Of a DNA stretch of 64,000 bases, positions 53,023-63,100 are shown piece by piece (positions within the stretch are counted from its first letter, which is position 1; every line of letters begins with the position of its first letter). Made by a program: the position numbers and the translations under genes. A model generated the notes under the pieces. That model saw only the letters and a list, made by a program, of their open reading frames with translations. It did not search any database and had not been told where the DNA came from. The DNA is from Hyphomicrobiales bacterium (GTDB lineage Bacteria; Pseudomonadota; Alphaproteobacteria; Rhizobiales; Beijerinckiaceae), in the NCBI GenBank assembly GCA_947455025.1, contig CANGLU010000001.1, forward strand, positions 29,106 to 93,105, given 5' to 3'.

Positions 53023-55245
53023 CTATTTGGCCGCGTCCTTGTTCGCCCCAGCCCGTAATGATTTGGGGCCCGACTCCTTTAAAGATTTCCCACGGCCTGA
53101 CAAGCTCGGATTGGTCATAAAGAACTGATGGGCGTTGAAAGCGGGCTCTTCGGGTGAATGTGTAACCCGCGTGCTCGACCCGTCCGAATTGATTGTCCAG
53201 CTTTGCTCATTATCGATCAGATTAGCAACCATGATCTGATTAAGCACCTGCTCATGAACCGTCGGGTTCAAAATCGGCACCAAGGATTCAACACGGCGAT
53301 CCAGATTACGCTGCATAAGGTCAGCCGAGGAGATGTAAATCTTGGCCTTCGCATGGGGCAACGCTTTGCCATTCGCGAAGGCAAAAATGCGGGTGTGCTC
53401 CAAGAAGCGACCAATGATCGACTTCACGCGAATATTCTCCGAAAAGCCCGGAATTCCCGGCCTTAGACAGCAAATGCCACGAACAACAAAATCGATCTGC
53501 ACGCCCGCTTGGCTCGCCTCATAAAGCGCGTCGATGATCATCGGGTCGACCAAGGAATTACATTTTCCCCAAATCGCCGCCGGTTTGCCCGCCTTCGCAT
53601 TTTCCATTTCATGCGCGATGTTATCGAGAAGCGTTTTCTTCAATGAAAACGGCGAAGCGGAAAGCTTTTCAAGATGGGTCGGCTCGGCATATCCCGTGAT
53701 AAAATTAAAAATGCGGGCGACATCCCGACCAATTGCCGGATCAGCCGTAAAGAAAGAAAGATCGGTATACACGCGCGCCGTAATCGGATGGTAATTTCCG
53801 GTGCCTAAATGGCAATAGCTCACGAGATGTCTACCCTCGCGGCGAATGACCATCGAGAGTTTGGCATGTGTTTTGAGTTCGATAAACCCGAACACGACTT
53901 GAACGCCCGCGCGCTCCAAATCACGCGCCCAACGGATATTGGCTTCCTCATCAAAGCGGGCTTTTAACTCGACCAAGGCCGTCACCGATTTTCCGGCCTC
54001 TGCGGCTTCCGCGAGCGCCTTAACGATCGGGCTGTTCGCCGATGTCCGATAGAGGGTTTGCTTGATCGCGACCACATTCGGATCCCGCGCCGCCTGGTTC
54101 AAAAATTGAACGACGACGTCAAAGCTTTCATAAGGATGGTGAACAATCAGGTCCTTTTCCCGAATAGCTGCGAAACAATCGCCGCCATGATCACGGATGC
54201 GCTCTGGAAATCGCGCATTATAAGGCTCGAATTTTAAATCCGGACGATCAATCCCCACCAATTGGGAAAGATCATTTAAGGCCAACATGCCTTCCATTTC
54301 AAAAACGGCATCATTATCGACGTGGAATTCACCGATCACGAATTGCCTAATCTCGTCCGGCATGCCCGCTTCAATTTCGAGGCGAATGATGGAGCCGCGC
54401 CGTCTTTGCTTTAGAGCTGTCTCGAAGACGCGGACCAGATCTTCCGCCTCTTCCTCGATTTCGATATCCGAGTCACGGATCACGCGAAACGCGCCAAGGC
54501 CTTTGACGTGATAGCCGGGAAATAATTTTCCAATGAAAAGACCGATGGCATTTTCAAGCGCAATATACCGCAGAGAAGTCTGGCTCTCATCCGCCTCGGC
54601 CGTCGAAGGTAGACAAATGAACCGATCAATTTTATTCGGCACACGGATCAGCGCGTTTAATGCTTTGCCGTCATTGGCACGCGCCAGCGCCAGCGCAACG
54701 GTAAATCCCAGATTAGGAATGAAAGGAAACGGATGGGCGGGGTCAACCGCGAGCGGCGTTAAAACGGGGAAGATTTCTTCGGCAAAGAATTCTTCTAACC
54801 AGTGTTTTTCAGAGTCAGACAAAACATCGCCATCGACCAGCGAAATGCCCGCTTGATCGAGCGCCACGCGCAATTCGCGCCAACGGCTCTGCTGATCGGC
54901 GCATAATTTAGTAACCGCCTCGCCAATCCGGACCAATTGCTCGGATGGGCTCATGCCATCATCGGATAGTGGCGCGACGTTGGAGCTCACTTGCCCGCGC
55001 AAACCCGCGACGCGCACCATGAAAAATTCGTCCAGATTATTGGCCGAGATCGACAAGAACCGTAACTGCTCTAAAAGCGGATGGTGCGGATTAGCGGCCT
55101 CTTCTAAAACGCGATGATTGAACTGCAGCCAGGACAACTCCCGATTAATGAACCGATGCGGCGACTTTGCTAAAGCGGCAGGCGTCTTCGGGCCGCCATT
55201 ACGGCGGGAGGTCGACGGAGAGGAGGCGCTGCGGGTGCGAGGCAT
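53023..55245 (-). CDS. ppk1: polyphosphate kinase 1
   Basis: ORF trimmed to the ATG at 55245, with AAGGA upstream. It contains [19 protein letters not shown] and the PLD-like catalytic domains (...[14 protein letters not shown]...). Confidence 0.95.
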   Translation of the reverse strand: MPRTRSASSPSTSRRNGGPKTPAALAKSPHRFINRELSWLQFNHRVLEEAANPHHPLLEQLRFLSISANNLDEFFMVRVAGLRGQVSSNVAPLSDDGMSPSEQLVRIGEAVTKLCADQQSRWRELRVALDQAGISLVDGDVLSDSEKHWLEEFFAEEIFPVLTPLAVDPAHPFPFIPNLGFTVALALARANDGKALNALIRVPNKIDRFICLPSTAEADESQTSLRYIALENAIGLFIGKLFPGYHVKGLGAFRVIRDSDIEIEEEAEDLVRVFETALKQRRRGSIIRLEIEAGMPDEIRQFVIGEFHVDNDAVFEMEGMLALNDLSQLVGIDRPDLKFEPYNARFPERIRDHGGDCFAAIREKDLIVHHPYESFDVVVQFLNQAARDPNVVAIKQTLYRTSANSPIVKALAEAAEAGKSVTALVELKARFDEEANIRWARDLERAGVQVVFGFIELKTHAKLSMVIRREGRHLVSYCHLGTGNYHPITARVYTDLSFFTADPAIGRDVARIFNFITGYAEPTHLEKLSASPFSLKKTLLDNIAHEMENAKAGKPAAIWGKCNSLVDPMIIDALYEASQAGVQIDFVVRGICCLRPGIPGFSENIRVKSIIGRFLEHTRIFAFANGKALPHAKAKIYISSADLMQRNLDRRVESLVPILNPTVHEQVLNQIMVANLIDNEQSWTINSDGSSTRVTHSPEEPAFNAHQFFMTNPSLSGRGKSLKESGPKSLRAGANKDAAK

Positions 55246-55290
55246 AATCGTTTGGTTCCTTAACGGGCTAATACCGTTTGGTTGCAGGCG

Positions 55291-55322
55291 ATTATGACGC
55301 CCATTTGACAAAATGGCGACAC
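55291..55322 (-). promoter_or_regulatory. candidate Pho box plus -10 element upstream of ppk1
   Basis: The minus strand reads GTGTCGC-catt-TTGTCAA-atgggcgt-CATAAT. It has two TGTC cores 11 bp apart, as in CTGTCAT-N4-CTGTCAT Pho boxes, sitting where a -35 element would be. Confidence 0.4.
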
Positions 55323-55348
55323 TTCCTCGCAAAAATTAAAATGGAAGG

Positions 55349-56038
55349 TTAATCTTCGTCGAAATCGTCGTTAATCTTCAGTAATTGGGCCGCAAGAGCC
55401 TTCGTAATCGGCTTGCCACGCGCCAATCCCTCCCGGTCAAGCCGCTCGACAAAATCACGGGCGGCCGCAATGGAGCGCTCAATCCGGCTTTGAATGAAGG
55501 TGATCATCGTCGTATCGATGACCAATTGCCGATCTATAAACAACTTAAAAAGCACGGCATTGAGGAGCGCTTCATCCGGACCATCGATTTTCACCTCTGG
55601 CGCCAGACGGAGGCGCGAGATCAAATCTTGCGTCCGCAGCCCCCATTCGGTAGGGCCTGTTCGTGCCGTTAACAGCAGATAGGTGCCCCGCTCCCGCGCT
55701 TTATTGATCAGGTGAAACATCGCATGTTCATCGAGCACGCTACGATCACAGTCCTCGATAACCAGCGCGCCGCTTGAGACGAGATGGGGCACCCGATCAA
55801 GCGTGATATCGGAAGGGTTTTCGATCCAAGCCCGCGATTTTGCGGCCCAAACAGCCGCCAAATGCGATTTTCCAGATGCTTCAGGTCCTGTGAGCAATAA
55901 AACGCGATCCGGCCAATCAGGCCATTTCTCGATCCATTGATAGGCTACCTCATTGCTTGAAGAAATGACAAAATCTTCGACTTCAAGGCGCGTTTCAACG
56001 GGTAGATCGAGGGGCAATTGCCGAGGGGCGTCGGTCAT
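55349..56038 (-). CDS. hdaA: DnaA regulatory inactivator HdaA
   Basis: The 229-aa DnaA-paralogue AAA+ module contains LLLTGPEASGKSHLAAVWA...LVIEDCD. Its ATG overlaps the upstream stop (ATGA). Confidence 0.88.
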   Translation of the reverse strand: MTDAPRQLPLDLPVETRLEVEDFVISSSNEVAYQWIEKWPDWPDRVLLLTGPEASGKSHLAAVWAAKSRAWIENPSDITLDRVPHLVSSGALVIEDCDRSVLDEHAMFHLINKARERGTYLLLTARTGPTEWGLRTQDLISRLRLAPEVKIDGPDEALLNAVLFKLFIDRQLVIDTTMITFIQSRIERSIAAARDFVERLDREGLARGKPITKALAAQLLKINDDFDED

Positions 56039-56571
56039 TTTTTATGATCCGGAAAATGTCGAAGCCATTGTAAAATATAAACGACCATAGAAGCCAAGGT
56101 CAGTGCCGCAACCGCAATTCCGCCAAATCTCAAGAGTGAAGCGATATCAAGGTCGAACGCTTTAACGCCCAAAGTGGTCCCCACGAATAAAATCTGCCCG
56201 AACGTGTTGAGCTTTGAAAGCTTGGCCGGACGCATGGCCATCGGGCTGCCCAAGAGCCAAGCCAGCAAAATACCACCCACAATGAGAACATCGCGGGTGA
56301 CAACCAAAGTCACAAGCCAAAACGGGAATAATCCCAAAATGCCCAAGGTCACGAAGATCGAAACCAGCAAAGCCTTGTCGGCCAGCGGGTCGAGATAGGC
56401 GCCTAGTTCGGTCCGGAGATCATAATTTCGCGCAATATAACCATCAACCGCGTCCGATAGCCCCGCAATCACGAAGCCATAAAGCGCCAATTGCCACTGT
56501 TCATTGGCAACAAAGCCAATAATGACGGGCACCAGCAGCAGTCTCAGGAGGGATATGATATTAGGCAACAT
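56035..56571 (-). CDS. CDP-alcohol phosphatidyltransferase family protein (PgsA-like)
   Basis: It contains SDAVDGYIARNYDLRTELGAYLDPLADKALL (DGxxAR...GxxxDxxxD). The ORF-track start at 56598 is a TTG, so I used the ATG at 56571. Neither start has a clear RBS. Confidence 0.85.
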   Translation of the reverse strand: MLPNIISLLRLLLVPVIIGFVANEQWQLALYGFVIAGLSDAVDGYIARNYDLRTELGAYLDPLADKALLVSIFVTLGILGLFPFWLVTLVVTRDVLIVGGILLAWLLGSPMAMRPAKLSKLNTFGQILFVGTTLGVKAFDLDIASLLRFGGIAVAALTLASMVVYILQWLRHFPDHKK

Positions 56572-56700
56572 TGGATGATTTGGGGAAAACCTGCTCAAGA
56601 CTCTAAAAACCCACAGAATTGCATGTGGTACTTAACGCTATTGCTTGCAAGCGCAAAGCGTGAGGCTTAGTCGGAACACTCATGGTTTTGGAGCGAACTG

Positions 56701-57774
56701 ATGGCCGATAGCCCTAAAAATGGTCTCACTTATGCCGATGCCGGTGTCGATATCGATGCGGGCAATGCGATGGTCGAGGAGATCAAGCCTTTGGTGCGGG
56801 CCACACGCCGTCCTGGCGCGGACGCCGAAATCGGTGGATTCGGTGGTCTTTTTGACCTGAAAGCAGCAGGATTTAAGGATCCGATCCTGGTGGCCGCCAA
56901 TGATGGCGTCGGAACCAAGGTCAAAATCGCCATTGAAACGGGTATACATCACACCATCGGGATCGACCTTGTGGCGATGTGCGTCAATGATTTGATCGTC
57001 CAAGGCGCTGAACCTCTGTTCTTTTTAGACTATTTTGCCACCGGCAAGCTCGCCCCCCATGTCGGCGCAGCCATCGTCAAGGGCATTGCCGCAGGCTGCA
57101 TCGCATCGGGTTGCGCGCTGATTGGCGGCGAAACCGCCGAAATGCCCGGCCTTTACGCCAAAGGCGACTATGATCTTGCAGGTTTTGCCGTAGGAGCGGC
57201 CGAAAGAGGGCATCTTTTGCCGAAAGAGGGCATTAAACCCGGCGACAGGCTGATCGGCCTGCCCTCATCGGGCGCGCATTCCAATGGTTTCTCGCTCGTT
57301 CGCAAAATTGTCGAACTGTCGAAACTTGCATGGACGGATGCCGCTCCTTTCGCGCCAGGCAAGACGCTCGGGGATGCGCTGTTGGAACCCACCCGCCTTT
57401 ATGTGAAGCCGATGCTTCAGGCGCTTAAAGCGACCGACTCGATCAAGGCCATGGCGCATATCACGGGCGGCGGCTTTCCCGATAATATTCCGCGCGTGTT
57501 GCCGGAGGGAATCTCGGCCAATCTTCAGCTTACGGCGATCAAAGTACCACCCGTCTTTAGCTGGCTCGCCAAAACGGGCGGCGTTTCCCAAGATGAAATG
57601 CTCCGTACCTTTAATTGCGGCATCGGCATGATCGTGGTTGTTGACGCGGCAAAGGCCCAAGAGGCGATCGAGGCCCTTCGTGAGGCCGGTGAAGCGGCCG
57701 TCGATATTGGCGAGATTACGGAAGCCGCGGCGGGACAGCCAAGGGTAACCTATTCCGGCGCATTGGCCCTCTGA
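56701..57774 (+). CDS. purM: phosphoribosylformylglycinamidine cyclo-ligase (AIR synthetase)
   Basis: The 357-aa ORF contains [16 protein letters not shown]...DGVGTK...GGETAEMPG. Confidence 0.97.
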   Translation: MADSPKNGLTYADAGVDIDAGNAMVEEIKPLVRATRRPGADAEIGGFGGLFDLKAAGFKDPILVAANDGVGTKVKIAIETGIHHTIGIDLVAMCVNDLIVQGAEPLFFLDYFATGKLAPHVGAAIVKGIAAGCIASGCALIGGETAEMPGLYAKGDYDLAGFAVGAAERGHLLPKEGIKPGDRLIGLPSSGAHSNGFSLVRKIVELSKLAWTDAAPFAPGKTLGDALLEPTRLYVKPMLQALKATDSIKAMAHITGGGFPDNIPRVLPEGISANLQLTAIKVPPVFSWLAKTGGVSQDEMLRTFNCGIGMIVVVDAAKAQEAIEALREAGEAAVDIGEITEAAAGQPRVTYSGALAL

Positions 57775-57775
57775 T

Positions 57776-58360
57776 ATGCGCCGCATTCGGACAGCGATCC
57801 TTATTTCCGGACGCGGCACGAATATGGTCGCGCTGATTGAGGCGGCAAAACATCCGGACTATCCGGCCGAGATCGTATTGGTGGTTTCCAATGACGCTAA
57901 TGCTGGCGGCTTAGCCCGCGCCCAAGCGCTCGGCATTGAAACAATCGCCATACCGCATGGTGCATTTCCGACCCGTGAAGCGTTTGAAACGGAAATTGAC
58001 CGTGTTTTACGCGAAAATAAGGTCGAATTGGTCTGTCTTGCGGGCTTTATGCGCGTTTTGACGGCGTCATTTATCGAAAAATGGCCCAATCGCTTGCTGA
58101 ACATCCACCCTTCCCTCTTGCCGGAGCTTAAGGGGTTACATACGCATGAACGGGCTTTGGCAGAGAAAGCCACACGACACGGATGTACGGTCCATTTCGT
58201 CGTTCCCGAGCTTGATGCGGGTCCGATGATTGATCAAGCCGCCGTACCGATTCTCGCCGATGATACGGTCGAGCGATTGGCCCAACGGGTTTTGGAGCAG
58301 GAAATAAAGCTCTATCCGAAGGCTTTGGCCGAGATCGCGCGGCAAATGGCGCAAAACTAA
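57776..58360 (+). CDS. purN: phosphoribosylglycinamide formyltransferase
   Basis: The 194-aa ORF contains ILISGRGTNM...LNIHPSLLP...GCTVHFV. Confidence 0.96.
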   Translation: MRRIRTAILISGRGTNMVALIEAAKHPDYPAEIVLVVSNDANAGGLARAQALGIETIAIPHGAFPTREAFETEIDRVLRENKVELVCLAGFMRVLTASFIEKWPNRLLNIHPSLLPELKGLHTHERALAEKATRHGCTVHFVVPELDAGPMIDQAAVPILADDTVERLAQRVLEQEIKLYPKALAEIARQMAQN

Positions 58361-58371
58361 GCACGAGTCCT

Positions 58372-58399
58372 TTGACCGATTACGTCGGCACGGCTATAG
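58372..58399 (+). promoter_or_regulatory. sigma70-type promoter candidate for ndk
   Basis: TTGACC-N16-CTATAG is close to the alphaproteobacterial CTTGAC-N17-CTATAT consensus. It lies about 37 nt upstream of the ndk ATG. Confidence 0.4.
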
Positions 58400-58435
58400 A
58401 GCACAGGCATTTCAACAACCAACAGGATGATACCC

Positions 58436-58858
58436 ATGGCGCTCCAGCGCACTTTTTCTATTTTGAAGCCCGACGCAACCGCCCGCAACCTCACGGGTTC
58501 CGTGAACGCGGTGATTGAGAAGGCAGGTCTTCGCATCGTTGCCCAGAAGCGCATTCACATGACGCGCGATCAGGCCGGCACATTCTATTCCGTCCACAAA
58601 GAGCGTCCGTTCTTCGGCGAGCTCGTCGATTTCATGACCTCGGGTCCCGTCGTCGTGCAGGTTTTGGAAGGCGAAGACGCCATCGCGAAATACCGCGAAG
58701 TGATGGGCGCCACCAATCCTGCCAACGCCGCTGAAGGCACGATCCGTAAGCTCTTCGCCAAGTCGGTCGGTGAAAACACGGTTCATGGTTCGGATGCGCC
58801 AGAAACGGCCGCCATCGAGATTGCCCAGTTCTTCTCGGGCAACGAAATCGTCGGCTAA
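58436..58858 (+). CDS. ndk: nucleoside-diphosphate kinase
   Basis: ORF trimmed to the ATG at 58436, with an AGGA RBS. The product starts [14 protein letters not shown] and contains ...NTVHGSD. Confidence 0.97.
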   Translation: MALQRTFSILKPDATARNLTGSVNAVIEKAGLRIVAQKRIHMTRDQAGTFYSVHKERPFFGELVDFMTSGPVVVQVLEGEDAIAKYREVMGATNPANAAEGTIRKLFAKSVGENTVHGSDAPETAAIEIAQFFSGNEIVG

Positions 58859-58911
58859 TTCCGGCCGATCGCAATATTGCCTGACGGGCGCGAAGGTGTA
58901 ATCTGATCACC

Positions 58912-60999
58912 ATGAACGCGCCCGTCAGCATCCCCCGCAAAAACACCATTTGCCCGCATGATTGCCCTTCCGCCTGCGCGCTGGAAGTGGAAGTGCTTGA
59001 TCAATCGACCATTGGTCGCGTGTATGGCTCCAAAGAACAGACCTACACCGCCGGCGTGATCTGCGCGAAAGTCGCACGCTACGCTGAACGCAATCACCAC
59101 CCAGACCGTTTGCTCTACCCGCTGAAAAGAACAGGCCCGAAGGGCTCCGGCCAGTTTGAGAGAATTTCGTGGAATGATGCGTTAGAAGAAATCGTAACGC
59201 GCTTTAATCACATCGAATCCGAATATGGCTCAGAAGCCATCTGGCCCTATTATTACGCAGGCACGATGGGTCTCGTTAATCGGGACGGTATTAACCGGTT
59301 ACGCCACGCCAAAAAATATTCGGGTTTTTATTCTTCCATCTGCATCAATCTCGCATGGCCGGGCTTTATCGCGGGGACCGGAAAACTCATGGGCCCCGAC
59401 CCACGGGAAATGGCAAAATCGGATTGCGTTGTGATTTGGGGAACCAATGCAGTTGCGACCCAAGTCAATGTGATGACGCACGCCGTTAAAGCTCGGAAAG
59501 AACGTGGCGCAAAAATCATCGCCATCGATATTTATCAAACAGCAACACTCGACCAAGCCGATCTCGCATTGGTGGTAAAGCCCGGCAGCGATGGTGCGCT
59601 GGCCTGTGCCGTGATGCATATTCTCTTTCGAGACAATTTGGCTGATCGGGATTATCTCGCGCGGGCATCCGATTATCCAAAAGAATTCGAACACCACCTT
59701 CAATCAAAAACGCCTGAATGGGCCGCGGCTATTACTGGACTTTCGGTTGAAGAAATTGAAACCTTTGCCAAGCTCGTCGGCCAACATAAGCGCAGTTTTT
59801 TTCGGCTCGGTTACGGCTTTTCGCGGCAACGCAACGGCTCGGTCAATATGCATGCGGCGAGCTGCATCGCGACAGTAACCGGTGCCTGGCAATATGAAGG
59901 AGGCGGCGCGTTTCATAACAATGGTGCGATTTATCACTGGCGTAAATCGCTGATCGAAGGGCTTGATCTTCTTGACCCCACTATTCGATCCATGGACCAA
60001 TCCCAAATCGGACGCGTTTTAACAGGCGATCAAGATGCCTTGCGAGGTGGTGGTCCTGTTAAAGCGCTCTTTATTCAAAACACAAATCCGATGTCGGTGG
60101 CGCCTGAACAAACCCTCGTCCGACAAGGGTTTGAACGCGAGGATTTATTCACGGTGGTGCATGAGCAATTCATGACCGACACCGCGAAAATGGCCGACAT
60201 CGTTTTGCCTGCTACCATGTTCACCGAACATGATGATCTTTATCAAGGCGGCGGCCATCAATATTTGGGTCTTGGTCCAAAATTGATCGACCCACCCGGC
60301 GAGTGTCGCTCCAACCATGATCTGATCTGCGATTTGGCGCATCGCCTCGGTGCCAAGCATAAAGGCTTTGAAATGTCGGCGCGCGAGATCATCGATTGGA
60401 CCTTGCAACAGTCAAAATGGGGCACGCTCGAAGAACTAGAGAAAAACAAATTCGTCGACGCTCAACCGTCCTTTGACGACGCGCATTTCACCAAAGGCTT
60501 TGCATGGAAGGACGGTAAATTTCGGTTCAAACCTGATTGGCCGAATGTTCCTTTTGGCAGCGGGCGGAAATCAGGGCCAATCGATTCAATGCCGGAGTTT
60601 CCGGATTATTGGGATGTCTCGGAAAAGGCGACCGAAGCCTTTCCGTTTCGTCTCGCAACATCGCCCGCGCGCAATTATCTCAATTCAACTTTTACGGAAA
60701 CGCCAACCTCCATAAGCCGCGAAGGTGAGCCAACGGTTTTAATTCATCCCGATGATGCTTCGACCCATTCGATTGCCGATCAATCTTACGTGATGCTTTT
60801 CAATGATCGTGGCGAAGTGCGTTTGAAAGCGAAATATTTTTCAGGCATCAAACGCGGCGTTCTTGTTGCTGAATCAATTTGGCCCAATAGCGCCTATGCG
60901 GATGGGCGGGGCATCAACACGCTTGTGGGGGCCGATTCACCCGCCCCCTTTGGCGGCGCGGCCTTTCACGACAACAGCGTCGGCCTGAGATCGGCGTAA
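58912..60999 (+). CDS. molybdopterin-dependent oxidoreductase (DMSO-reductase superfamily), substrate unknown
   Basis: The 695-aa ORF has an N-terminal Fe-S cysteine cluster (CPHDCPSACALEV). Molybdopterin oxidoreductase and dinucleotide-binding regions run throughout. It has no Tat signal and no adjacent partner subunits. Confidence 0.8.
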   Translation: MNAPVSIPRKNTICPHDCPSACALEVEVLDQSTIGRVYGSKEQTYTAGVICAKVARYAERNHHPDRLLYPLKRTGPKGSGQFERISWNDALEEIVTRFNHIESEYGSEAIWPYYYAGTMGLVNRDGINRLRHAKKYSGFYSSICINLAWPGFIAGTGKLMGPDPREMAKSDCVVIWGTNAVATQVNVMTHAVKARKERGAKIIAIDIYQTATLDQADLALVVKPGSDGALACAVMHILFRDNLADRDYLARASDYPKEFEHHLQSKTPEWAAAITGLSVEEIETFAKLVGQHKRSFFRLGYGFSRQRNGSVNMHAASCIATVTGAWQYEGGGAFHNNGAIYHWRKSLIEGLDLLDPTIRSMDQSQIGRVLTGDQDALRGGGPVKALFIQNTNPMSVAPEQTLVRQGFEREDLFTVVHEQFMTDTAKMADIVLPATMFTEHDDLYQGGGHQYLGLGPKLIDPPGECRSNHDLICDLAHRLGAKHKGFEMSAREIIDWTLQQSKWGTLEELEKNKFVDAQPSFDDAHFTKGFAWKDGKFRFKPDWPNVPFGSGRKSGPIDSMPEFPDYWDVSEKATEAFPFRLATSPARNYLNSTFTETPTSISREGEPTVLIHPDDASTHSIADQSYVMLFNDRGEVRLKAKYFSGIKRGVLVAESIWPNSAYADGRGINTLVGADSPAPFGGAAFHDNSVGLRSA

Positions 61000-61000
61000 G

Positions 61001-63100
61001 ATGAGACCTGCCCTTCTTAATCCACTCTTTGCACCTTTGCGGGGGTTAACCGGCATCGGCCCGAAAATGGCGCCGCTCTATGATAAATTGCTGGCGCCTC
61101 AAGCAGCCGAAGCGCGCATCATTGATCTCCTCTTTCATTTGCCAAACGGTGCCGTTGATCGTCGTGTGAGATCGAAGATTGCCAATTCTGTTCCGGGAGA
61201 AGTGGGCACGTTTGAAGTGAGGGTTGTCGCGCACAAACCGGGGCCACCGAGTCGTGCTCGATCGCCTTACCGCGTATTGGTTGAAGACGACACGGGCGAA
61301 ATCACATTGACATGGTTTAATGCCGGTCGCGCACGCATGGAGGCGATGCTTCCGATCGGCGAGATACGGTATGTTTCGGGCTTGATTGAATTATGGGATG
61401 GCCATCGACAGATGGTTCATCCCGAACGAGTCTTGGATGCGGCAGGGCTTGCTAAACAACCTCCCTTTGAACCGATTTATAATCTTACAGCCGGTCTCTA
61501 TTCGCGCTCCCTCATCAAAGCCGCCGAAGGGGTCCTTGATAAGCTGACCCCGTTACCCGAATGGATCGATCCGGCGTTGGTGTCGCGCGAAAAATGGCCT
61601 GGCTTTACGCCGGCATTAAAGGCACTTCATCGCCCGCCAAGCCTTGCCGATATTGCTCCGCAATCGCCCAACCGGCTGCGCCTCGCCTATGATGAACTCT
61701 TTGCCGGCCAGCTCGCCTTGCTCCTCATGCGCGCCCGCATGAAACGCGAAGCCGGAGCCGCGCGGGTTGGTGACGGGCATCTCGTCAAAGCGATGTTAGC
61801 GGCCCTGCCCTTCACCCTAACGGATGGTCAAAAGCAAGCGCTCTCAGACATCAAGCGCGATCTCGCATCGCCCGAGCGTATGTTACGCTTGCTGCAGGGC
61901 GATGTTGGCTCGGGAAAAACCGTCGTAGCGCTCATGGCCATGACGATGGCGGTAGAGGCAGGATGGCAATCGGCTTTAATGGCACCCACCGAAATTTTAG
62001 CCCGCCAACATTACGAGCGCTTGAAACCTCTTGCCGACAAAGCCGGTATGACGATTGCTTTGCTGACCGGTCGCGATAAAGGGGCCGCCCGCGCGCAGAC
62101 GCTCGCGGGATTGGCCGACGGTTCCATTTCACTCGCTATCGGCACCCATGCTTTGTTTCAAGAAGCCGTTACCTTTAAACGGCTAGGCCTTGCGGTGATT
62201 GATGAACAGCATCGGTTTGGCGTGCATCAACGGTTGGCCCTATCCAAAAAAGGGGATGCCGTTGATGTGTTGGTGATGACGGCCACGCCTATCCCACGCA
62301 CGCTTGTTCTCACCTATTTCGGCGATATGGATGTCTCGATCATCCGCGAAAAGCCCGCGGGGCGAAAGCCGATTGATACGCGCACAATATCGCTCGACCG
62401 TCTCAGTGAAGTCGCCAACGGTCTCGACCGCGTCTTGCAATCCGGCCAACGCGCCTATTGGATTTGCCCGCTGGTTGAGGAATCCGAAGACCTTGATCTG
62501 GCCGCTGCCCAAGAGCGGTTTGAATCGCTGCAAAAAATCTATGGCTCGAAAGTAGGGCTCGTCCACGGCCAAATGAAAGGGCCTGATAAAGATTTGGCCA
62601 TGTCTGATTTCGCGGCTGGCCGCACCACCATTCTCGTTGCGACAACCGTGGTCGAAGTAGGCGTCGATGTGCCGGAAGCGACCATCATGATCATCGAACA
62701 CGCCGAGCGGTTTGGCTTATCGCAATTGCATCAATTACGCGGTCGGGTTGGGCGTGGGGCGGAGCGTTCAAGTTGCATTTTATTGTTCGGAAATGTAGGC
62801 GAAGTCGGCCGTGCGCGGCTTGAAACCATGCGCTCGACCAATGACGGGTTTGAAATTGCCGAGCAGGATTTAAAGCTTCGCGGCGAAGGCGACATTTTGG
62901 GAACGCGTCAATCCGGCATGCCGGGCTTTCGGCTAACGGTTCCAGAGCGACACGGTGAATTGCTCGCCATTGCGCGCGATGATGCCAAAAATCTTTTGGC
63001 CCAAGATCCGCATCTTGAAAGCCCGCGCGGCGAGGCCGCACGAACGCTGCTTTATCTGTTTGAACGTGACGAAGCGATCAGGCTGATCAGAGCTGGTTAG
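61001..63100 (+). CDS. recG: ATP-dependent DNA helicase RecG
   Basis: The 699-aa ORF has a wedge domain followed by SF2 helicase motifs (GDVGSGKTVVAL, DEQHRFGV, MTATPIPRT). Confidence 0.96.
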   Translation: MRPALLNPLFAPLRGLTGIGPKMAPLYDKLLAPQAAEARIIDLLFHLPNGAVDRRVRSKIANSVPGEVGTFEVRVVAHKPGPPSRARSPYRVLVEDDTGEITLTWFNAGRARMEAMLPIGEIRYVSGLIELWDGHRQMVHPERVLDAAGLAKQPPFEPIYNLTAGLYSRSLIKAAEGVLDKLTPLPEWIDPALVSREKWPGFTPALKALHRPPSLADIAPQSPNRLRLAYDELFAGQLALLLMRARMKREAGAARVGDGHLVKAMLAALPFTLTDGQKQALSDIKRDLASPERMLRLLQGDVGSGKTVVALMAMTMAVEAGWQSALMAPTEILARQHYERLKPLADKAGMTIALLTGRDKGAARAQTLAGLADGSISLAIGTHALFQEAVTFKRLGLAVIDEQHRFGVHQRLALSKKGDAVDVLVMTATPIPRTLVLTYFGDMDVSIIREKPAGRKPIDTRTISLDRLSEVANGLDRVLQSGQRAYWICPLVEESEDLDLAAAQERFESLQKIYGSKVGLVHGQMKGPDKDLAMSDFAAGRTTILVATTVVEVGVDVPEATIMIIEHAERFGLSQLHQLRGRVGRGAERSSCILLFGNVGEVGRARLETMRSTNDGFEIAEQDLKLRGEGDILGTRQSGMPGFRLTVPERHGELLAIARDDAKNLLAQDPHLESPRGEAARTLLYLFERDEAIRLIRAG

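Noticed and set aside
56599-56700. A possible riboswitch or operator in the purM leader, including the perfect palindrome GCTTGCAAGC at 56643-56652.
   Set aside because: The region does not resemble ZTP/pfl or purine riboswitch cores. The 10-bp palindrome stands alone with no known cognate regulator, which is too weak to call.
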